Below, in pieces: positions 55,640 through 64,000 of a stretch of 64,000 nt of DNA; within the stretch, counting starts at the first letter, position 1; every line of letters starts with the position of its first letter. Origin of the DNA: Lama glama. Taxonomy: Eukaryota. The stretch is taken from positions 19,408,001 through 19,472,000 of the forward strand of contig CM052816.1 of the NCBI GenBank assembly GCA_028534125.1. The letters are read 5' to 3'. Under the pieces are notes generated by a model, which made no database searches, had not been told where the DNA came from, and saw only the letters and a program-made list of their open reading frames with translations. Both the position numbers and the translations under genes were made by a program.

Positions 55640-56123
55640 AGAATTGCATTGGTTTAATAAATTAATTTGGGGGGAAACTGTACCTTAAAGAACCTGAGCT
55701 TTTCTATCCATGATCGGATATATCATTCCATTTCTTTATGTTTTCTTTAATGACATTTACACATTGTTTTCTCCTTAAAGATCACGAATCTTTTGTTAGA
55801 TTTGTCTCTAAGTACTTTTTGTATTTTATTAGAAGTGCCACTTTTTTGTTGCTGACATATTAAATATATTTTAATTTATTAATCATATATCCACCAAATT
55901 TGCTTGATTTTATTAATTACTTGTTTACTAACTATATTAATTAGTAGTAACTTTTATTAATTATTTTTTTCAGATTCTTTTGGGATTTATATGCAGAAAT
56001 CACATCCCTTGTAAATAAAATGACAGTGTTTTTAAACCTTCTAATACTTAATGCTTTTTATTTCTTTTTCTTCTGTTATACGTTGGCTAAGACTCTAATA
56101 CAAATTTTGTCAATAATAACAGT

Positions 56124-56491
56124 GGGGGGGGGGCAGAGCCAAGATGGCAGAGTAAAGACTCACAGCTCACCCTCTCCCACAAATATACCAAGAACTGTAT
56201 CTACAAACCCACTGAATCACACAGAACACCTACTGAACTCTGGCAGAGTGACTCTCATTTTGAAATACAGGAGGATTCTCACAAAATCCAATAAACAACA
56301 AGTTCATGCTGCATAGCACAGGGAACCATATTCAATATCTTGCAGTAACCTATGGTGAAGAAGAATATGAGAACGAACGTATGTATGTTCCTATGTGACT
56401 GAAGCATTGTGTTGTACACCAGAAATTGACACACTGTAAACTGACTATACTTCAATAAAAATATAATGATAATGATGATGATAATAATAAT
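56124..56491 (+). mobile_element. Bipartite mini-L1: L1 5' UTR start joined directly to the L1 3' UTR end, with (TGA/TAA)n tail
   Basis: G-run plus CAAGATGGC YY1 box and cetartiodactyl-type L1 5' UTR to 56290, then ataaacaacaag...cttcaataaaa 3' end; TSD aataataaca at 56112-56121 and 56492-56501. Confidence 0.75.
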
Positions 56492-56910
56492 AATAATAAC
56501 AATAACTGGACTACACTTCTAAAGGGAATACTGTTAAAGTTTCACTACTGTATGTGAATTCTGATACAGGTTTTTCATAAGGTATCCTTTATTGGTTAAA
56601 AAAAATTCTATTACTAGTTTGCTAAACTTTTATCATGAAAGATACTCATAAACTTTTTTCTGTATCTCTTGAAATAATCTTATCAGGGTTTTTTCTCCTT
56701 TAATATTTTAAGATGTTTAATATGTAGATTTTTCTAACACTTGCTTTCCTAGAAAAACCCAACTTGGCAATGCTAAATTATCTTTTTCATTTATTTTTTA
56801 AAAAATTCAATTTCCTCATATTCTGTTTCTGATTTTTGTGTCCAAGTTCATGATTGGGTGTAATTTCCTTTTTCATACTGTCCTTGTCTAGTTTAGGCAT
56901 AAAGGTTATA

Positions 56911-57270
56911 CAGTTGTCCCTCAGTATCCCCAGGGAATTAGTTCTGGGACCCACAAAGGATACTAAAACCCAAGGATGCTCAAGTCCTTTATATAAAACA
57001 GCATAGTATTTGCATATAACCTATGCACAACCTTCTTGCAGACTTTAAATCATCTCTAGATTACTTATAGTAATCTAATACTAATATAATGTAAATGACG
57101 TGTAAATAGTACAAAATACAATGTAAACACTATGTAGACGTTGCCAGGCAAGCAGCAAATTCAAATTTTGCTGTTTGAGACTTTCTGGATTTTCTTTTTC
57201 TTTAAATATTTTCGACCCCTGATTAGTTGAATTTGCAGATTTGGAACCACTGATCACAGAGGGGTCACAG
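56911..57270 (+). mobile_element. MER2/MER2B non-autonomous TcMar-Tigger DNA transposon
   Basis: Starts cagttgtccctcagtatcc; internal gatgctcaagtcc...tttgcatataacct...tttaaatcatctctagattactta; flanked by TA dinucleotides. Confidence 0.85.
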
Positions 57271-57879
57271 TACTAGATTCACAAAGTGAACTGTCTGTGG
57301 GCAGGGCAGATATCCTCATTTATCTAATTGCTAGAAGTATTTATGTATTGGTATTATATCTTCCATGAATTTAAAACCATCTACTTCAGGTTAGTTTGTT
57401 TGCTTCGGGAGATGGAAAATTTTTACTACTAATTCAAAGCTTTATAGCCATTAAAGGATATATAAGAAGACTTAAGTATTTTTCCAGGTTTTTGCTTATT
57501 GAGAGTCACTTTTGTCTTTTTTTTCCTATAGAAATACCTTATTTCAGCTAAGTTTTCTAATTTATGGGCTAAAATAAAATTATTAGATTTCTGATATCTA
57601 CTATTTATGAAATTTCCCATTTTAATTCCTAACATGAATCAGGGTTTCTATTTATCTTAATTATCTTATCAAGAAAGTTATTTTATAATTATTTTCTAAG
57701 ATCTAATTTTTAGCTTTGTTGATCCTTTCTATTGAATCTTTGTTTTCTATTTCATTAATTTTTGCTCTTTACTATTTCTTTTTTCTCCTTTCCTTCCTTT
57801 TTCCTTCCACTTTTCCTTCCTTTTTCCCCCTTTTTGATTTTATTCTGTTACTTTTTTCCAACAGGTCAGCTCATTAATT

Positions 57880-60800
57880 TTTTAAACTGAGATATAATTC
57901 ATGCACCATAAAATTCATCACTTTAAAGTGTAGAATTCAGTGGGGAGGGGGTTCATTTTGAGTATTTATTATCTTTGTTTTTTGATTGAGGTAAGATATG
58001 CATACCATGAAGCTGATCATTTTAACCATTTTTAGGTATACAATTAATTCAGCAACATCAAGTACATTCATATTATTATGTAATCATCACCATTCTCCAC
58101 TTCAAGAAGTATTTCACCATTCCAAACAGAAACTCTGTACCTAATCATAATTCCCATTCTTCTCTCTAGTCAGCTCTTAGTAACTCTGTTTTACTTTCTG
58201 CCTGTATGAATTTGCCTATTCTAGGTACTTCATATAAGTGCAACCACACAATATTTGCCTTTTCGTGTGTCTGGTTTATTTCATTTAGCATGATATTTTT
58301 AAGGTTCACCGACATTGTAGCGTGTACCACAATTTCATTCCCTTTTAGGGCTGAATAACATTCCATTTTAAGAATATACCACACCTTCTCCATCCATTCA
58401 CTGGCTGATAAAGACATGTGTTGCTTCCATCTCTGGCTACTGAGAATGCTGCTGCTATGAACACTGGTGTACAAGTATCTGTTGGAGTCACTGTTTTCAG
58501 TTCTTTGGAGTACTCACTTAGTATTGGAACTGCTGGATCATATAGTAATAACTATGCTTAACTTTTTGAGGAACTGCCGAACTATTTTCTATAGTGGCTG
58601 CATGATTTCATATTCCCACCAGGAACACACAAGGATTCTAATTTCTTCACATCCTCATCCACACCTGTTATTTTCCATTTTATGGGTTTAAAAAAAAAAA
58701 ACAACAACTGTCCTAAGGGGTGTGAAGTTGTATCTCATTGTGGTTTTGATTTACATTTCCCATTGGAATGACTAGTGATATAGAACATCTTTTCATGTAC
58801 TGGTCATTTGTATATCTGCTTTGAAGAAATGTTTATTCAATTCCTTTGCCTGTTTTTGATTTGGATTCTTTTTGTTGGTAGTGGTGGTAGTGTCATTGTT
58901 GTTGTCGTTGTTGAGTTGTGGGAGTTCTTTATATATTTTAGATATTAATCCCTTATCAGATATATGATTTGCAAATATTTTCTCTTATTCTGTGAGTTAC
59001 CTTTTCACTTTTGATAGTATCCTTAGATTCACAAATGTTTTTAATTGAAGTCCAACTTATCTATTTTTTCTCTTGTTTCCTGCACTTTTGATGTCATATC
59101 TAAGAATCAATTGCCAAATCCAAGGTCAAAAAGATATACCCACTGTGTCATCTTCTAAGAGTTTCTTCTAGCTCATATCTTGGATGTTGATCCATTTTCA
59201 GTTAATGTTTGTATATGGTGTGAGACAGGGGTCCACATTTACTTTTTTGCATGTGGATATCAAGTTGTCCCAGCACTACTTGATGAAAAGACTATTTTTC
59301 TCCCACTGAAAGGTCTTAGTAGCCTTGTCAAAAATCAACTGACCATAGATATTTGGCTTTATTTCTAGAATCTTAATTCTATTCCATAGGTCTATGTTTG
59401 TCCTTATGCCAGTACCACAGTTTTCATTACTTTATCTTTGTAGTAAGTTTTTTTAAACATTTTTTTATTGAGTTATAGCCATTTTACAATGTTGTGTCAA
59501 ATTTCAGTGTAGAACTTAATTTTTCAGTTATATATGAACATACATATATTGTCACCTTTTTTTCGCTGTGAGCTTGTAGTAAGTTTAGAAGTCAGAAAGT
59601 GCAAGTCCTCCAATTTTGTTCTTCACTTTCAGCATTGTCTTGGTCATTCACATTAATATGAATTTGAAGATCTGCTCTTCAATTTCTTTTTTTTTTAAAA
59701 AAAGGCTCTTGAAATATTGATAGGGACTACATTGAATTTGTAGATCACTTTGGAAGATCCTCTTAACAAGCCTAAACAAGTTTTCTAATCTATGAGTATG
59801 TGATGTCTATCTATTTCAGTCTATATTTTTCTTTCAGCAACATTTTATAATTTTCAGTATATACATCTCTCATCTCCATGGCTACATTTATTCCTAGGTA
59901 TTTTATTATTTTGGATGTTACTGTAAATTTTGTAAATTTCATTTTCAGATTGCTCATTGTTAGCGTATAGAAATACAATTTTTGTTGTTAATCATGTATC
60001 TGTCATCATTTAATAGCTCTAATAGTTGTGTATGTGTGTTCTTTAGGATTATAAGTCATCTGCGAATAAAAATAATTTCAGTTCTACCTTTTTGATTTGG
60101 ATACTTTCTAGCTCTTTTTTCTTGCCTAATTGCTCTGAGCAGATTCTAGTACAACGTTGAATAATGAGGAAAGCAAGCATTTGTCTTGTTCTGATCTTAG
60201 GGGAAAGATTTTCAGTCTTTCACCATCAAGTATGACGTTAGCTGAGGATTTCTTCATAATTATCTATCATCAAATTAAGACATTCCTTCCATTTCTAGTT
60301 TAAGATTTTTTGTTTTTTAACCAGGAAAGGGTGTTGGATTTTGTCAAATGTTTCTTCAGTCTCTATTGAGATAACCATGTCAATTGTTCCCTTCATTCTC
60401 TTGGTGTATTACATTGATTGATTTTCATATGTTGAACCACCTTGCATTCCTAGGATAAATCCCACTTGGTCATGGTGTAAAGTTCTTTTAAGTGTGCTGC
60501 TGGATTCAGTTTGTTAGTATCGTGAGGATCACTGCATCTATATTCATAAGAGATGTTGGTCTGTAGTTTTCTTGTGATGTCTTTGTCTTGCTTTGGTGTC
60601 ATGTAATGCCAGCCTCACAGAATGAATTCAGAGGTATTCCTCCTCTTTCATTTTTTGGAAGAGTTTGAGAAGGACTGATGTTCATTCCTTTTAAAATGCA
60701 AGGGTAAAATTAACTAGTGAAACCATCTGGTCCTGGGTATTTCTTTGTTGGTAGGTTTTTTATTAGCAATTCAATCTGTTTATTATAGGTCTGTTTTCAA

Positions 60801-61540
60801 TATGTCTGTTTTCTATTTACTCTTGTGTCAGCTTGGTAGTTGGTATGTTTCTAGGAATTTGTCCATTTCTTCTAGGTTATCTAATTTGTTGGTGTACAAT
60901 TGTTCATAGTATTCTCCTGTACTACTTTTTATTTCTATAAGATCAATAGTAATGTCCCAACTTTCATTTCTTATTAGCAATATGAGTCTTCTTTTTCTTG
61001 GTCTGTCTAGCTAAAGGGCTTACCAATTTTGTTGATCTTTTCAAAGAACTAAATTTTTATCTTATTGATTTTTCCCTATTATTTCTCCATTCTCTATTTT
61101 GTTTCTCACTCTAATCTTTTTTATTTCCTTCCTTCTGTTAGTTTTGGGTTTAGTTTGCTCATCTATTTCCAGTTCCTTAAGATGTCAAGTTAGGTTATCA
61201 ATTGAGAGCTTTCTTATTTCCTAATGCAGGCATTTACAGGTATAAATTTCCCTCTGAGCACTGCTTCTGCTGCAATTTGTAACTTTTATTATATTGTGTT
61301 TTCATGTTCATTTGCTTCAAAGAATTTCTAATCTCCTTTGTGATTTCTTCTTTGACCTTTGGTTATTTAAGAATGTGTTGTTTAATTTCCATATATTTGA
61401 AAATTCTCCAGTTTTCCTCCTGTTACTGATGTTTAGTTTCATTCCACAGTTGTCAGTAAAGATATTTTGTATGACTTTAATTTTTTAAAATTTATTGAGA
61501 GTTCTTTTGTTGCCTGATATATTGTCTATGCTGGAGACAG
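57880..61540 (-). mobile_element. Old L1 (L1MB-like), 3' UTR through degraded ORF2
   Basis: Continuous reversed L1 motifs, including degraded RT (FADD near 60055-60066) and cccacttggtcatggtg, gagtttgagaagga. Confidence 0.85.
59451..59573 (-). mobile_element. Very short young L1 3' end nested in the old L1
   Basis: Same 3' terminus as the 47866 element; 13-bp TSD ttgtagtaagttt at 59438-59450 and 59574-59586. Confidence 0.88.
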
Positions 61541-62008
61541 ATCAAAACAAACACAGTGCTTTAAGAATAAAGTCTGCTCTGCTGTTTCTGAACCCAGGGA
61601 CCACAGTCCCACACTGGAAACACAGGCTGACGTCTTCTTGACCATCACCACACTGAGAAGGAGTGTGGGCCAAAGGTAAGTAAAAATGCCACAAAGTTTT
61701 CCCACATTTTTTAAGTTGCCTCTTTCTTGATTCAGTGTTCACTCAGTTGCTGTAAACCTTTGGCTATTTTCCAGAGTTCTGACAGTTTCTGTCCCCTATT
61801 TAGGTGTTTTTGTGGACAAACAGACCCTTGGAGCTACTTACTCTGCCAATTTCACTCACATCATTCCTGTCCTTCATTTTTGGAGAACAGTATTTTCTAG
61901 ATGTAGACTTTTTTTTATTGCTAGTCTTTTTCTTTCAGCACTTTGAATATGACATCCGCCCCCTGCCTTCTGATCACTGTGGTTTCTGATGAGAAATCAG
62001 CTCTTACT

Positions 62009-62327
62009 TTTTTTTAATTTAATTTTTAATAGACTTTATTTATTGTTTTCACAGCAGTTTCAGGTTTACAGCAGAATTGAGCAGAAAATACAGAGAGTTC
62101 ACACATAGCCCTCCCCACCCACACATATATACCCCCCTACCCTCAACATCCCTCATCAGTGTGGCATATTTGGTATAATCGATGAACGAACATGGACACA
62201 TTATTATCAACCAAAGTCCATAGTTTACATTAGGATTCACTCTTGACATTGCACATTCGATGGATTTTGACAAATGCATAATGACATGTAGCCACCACTA
62301 TGGTAGCATACAGAATTATTTCATTGC
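62009..62327 (-). mobile_element. L1MC-like 3' end nested in older L1 sequence
   Basis: cagtttcaggtttacagcagaattgagcagaaaatacagagagttc...; 19-bp TSD tgagaaatcagctMttact at 61990-62008 and 62328-62346. Confidence 0.75.
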
Positions 62328-62862
62328 TGAGAAATCAGCTATTACTCTTGTTGAAGATCCTCGTATGTGATAAATCACTTCTTTACTGATGTTCTCAAAC
62401 ACTGCCTTTGGCTTTGTCTTTCAACAATTCATTTATGATGTGTCTAGGTGGATCTCTGAGTTTATCCTACTGGGAGTTGATCTTGGAGATCTTGGATGTA
62501 TAGATTAACGTTTTTCATCAAATTTAGGAGAGTTTTGGCCATTATTTCTTCATGTTCTTCTTGGCTTTCTGTCCTGTCCTGCGACACCAATTACATGCAT
62601 GTTTGTATGTTTGATGGTGTTCCATGGGTCTCTGCTCATTTTTATTCATTCATTTTATTTTCTGTTCCTCACAAAATTGACCTACCTTCCTGTTCTTTAA
62701 TTCTTTCTTCCACCACTTCAAATCTGTTGCTGAATTTCTCTAGTGAACTTTTCTTTTCAATTATTGTACTTTTCAACTACAGAATTTCTATTTGGCTTTT
62801 TTTTAACATTTTTTCTTTATTCATATCCCCTATTTGGTGAGACACTGTTATATTTTCTTTTA

Positions 62863-63392
62863 TATATATTTTTTTATTATAGTTAATTTATAATGTGTCA
62901 ATTTCTGATGTACAGCACAATGCTTCAGTCATATAAGAATATATATATATTCATTTTCATATTCTCTTTCACCACAAGTTACTACAAGATATTAAATATA
63001 GTTCCCTGTGCTATATGGTATAAACTTTTCATTTATCTATTCTTTATATATTGGTTAGTATCTGCAAATCTCTAACTCCCAACTTATCCCTTCCCACTCC
63101 CATTCCCCCTAGTAAACCTAAGTTTGTTTTCTACGTCTGTGAGTCTGTTTCTGTTTTGTAAATAAGTTTGTCTTTTTTAGTTTTTTAGATTCCACATGAA
63201 TGATATCATATGGTATTCTTCTTTCTCTTTCTGGCTTACTTCATTTAGAATGACCATCTCCAGGTTCATCCATGTTGCTGCAAATGGCATTATTTTATTA
63301 TTTTTTATGGCTGAATAGTTTCTCATTGTATAAATATACCACAGCTTCTTTATCCAGTCATCTGTTGACGGACCTTTCAGTTGTTTACATAC
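62863..63392 (-). mobile_element. L1 3' end (5'-truncated)
   Basis: Reverse L1 3' UTR; 13-bp TSD atattttctttta at 62850-62862 and 63393-63405. Confidence 0.85.
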
Positions 63393-64000
63393 ATATTTTC
63401 TTTTAGTTCTTTAGATAAGTGGTTTTCTTTAGTTCTTTGAACATATTAATAACATCTCATTGAAAGTCTTTACCTAGTAAGTCCAATAGATGGTCTTCCT
63501 TGGGGAAAGTTGCTTTTTTGGGGAGGGGGGTAGAAAATTGGACATTTTAAGTCATATAATATTGGAAACTCTGGAATTCAGATACTTCCCTCTCCCTAGC
63601 ATTGCCATTTTTTTTTCCTGAACTAATTCTGTAAAGCATGTATTCTTTGTTGGATGTCAGACCAAAGTCTTTGCTCAGCTTAACAGCTAATGGTTTGACA
63701 GAGTATTCCTAATGCCTGGAAGCAGTAAGTCTCCCAGCCTCTGCCAACGGGATCTGTGTGTTGGGGCATGTATTTAATGCTCCAACAGTTTACAACTCTT
63801 CTTTAACCTTCTTTTACTGCTTGCACAGAGTCTCAAGATTAGCCAGAGGTGAGCGATCAGGACCCTTCAGGACTTTCCTGGTAACTTCACTGGGATTCCT
63901 CAAGAGTGTTGCTAATTTTTCAATTTCATGGTTGGACTTTTCATACATGTTATTTTCAATGACCTCATAGCCACCCTGTAAGGTGTGTATTAATGACATC

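Overview
Mammalian genomic DNA, very probably camelid, judging by vic-1-type tRNA-derived SINEs. It holds the complete coding sequence of the homeobox gene PITX1 on + (3 coding exons, 14825-20108, 314 aa) in a chain of CpG islands. Convergent with it on - are exons 3-8 of the sperm Ca2+ channel gene CATSPER3 (46166 down to 37201; exons 1-2 lie beyond the right edge). The right 17 kb (CATSPER3 intron 2) is nested retroelements: old L1M, young L1, SINEs, a MER2-type DNA transposon, a PLP2 processed pseudogene and a 500-N gap. I found no new protein-coding system; almost all short ORFs in the track are chance or GC-rich frames. The most unusual signals are in the repeats. (1) A ~370-bp 'mini-L1' joins the L1 5' terminus directly to the 3' terminus inside one target-site duplication (TSD). 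(2) A young L1 carries a ~260-bp 3' transduction behind a mutated poly(A) signal. (3) An inverted copy of a MIR/L1 junction brackets CATSPER3 exon 3. (4) Two otherwise diverged, oppositely oriented L1s share a 133-bp identical block. Around PITX1 there are a possible upstream exon bypassing a uORF, a cryptic purine-rich repeat in intron 2 and candidate enhancers. Gene and repeat-family names come from recognition, not database searches; boundaries of old repeats and CpG islands are approximate.
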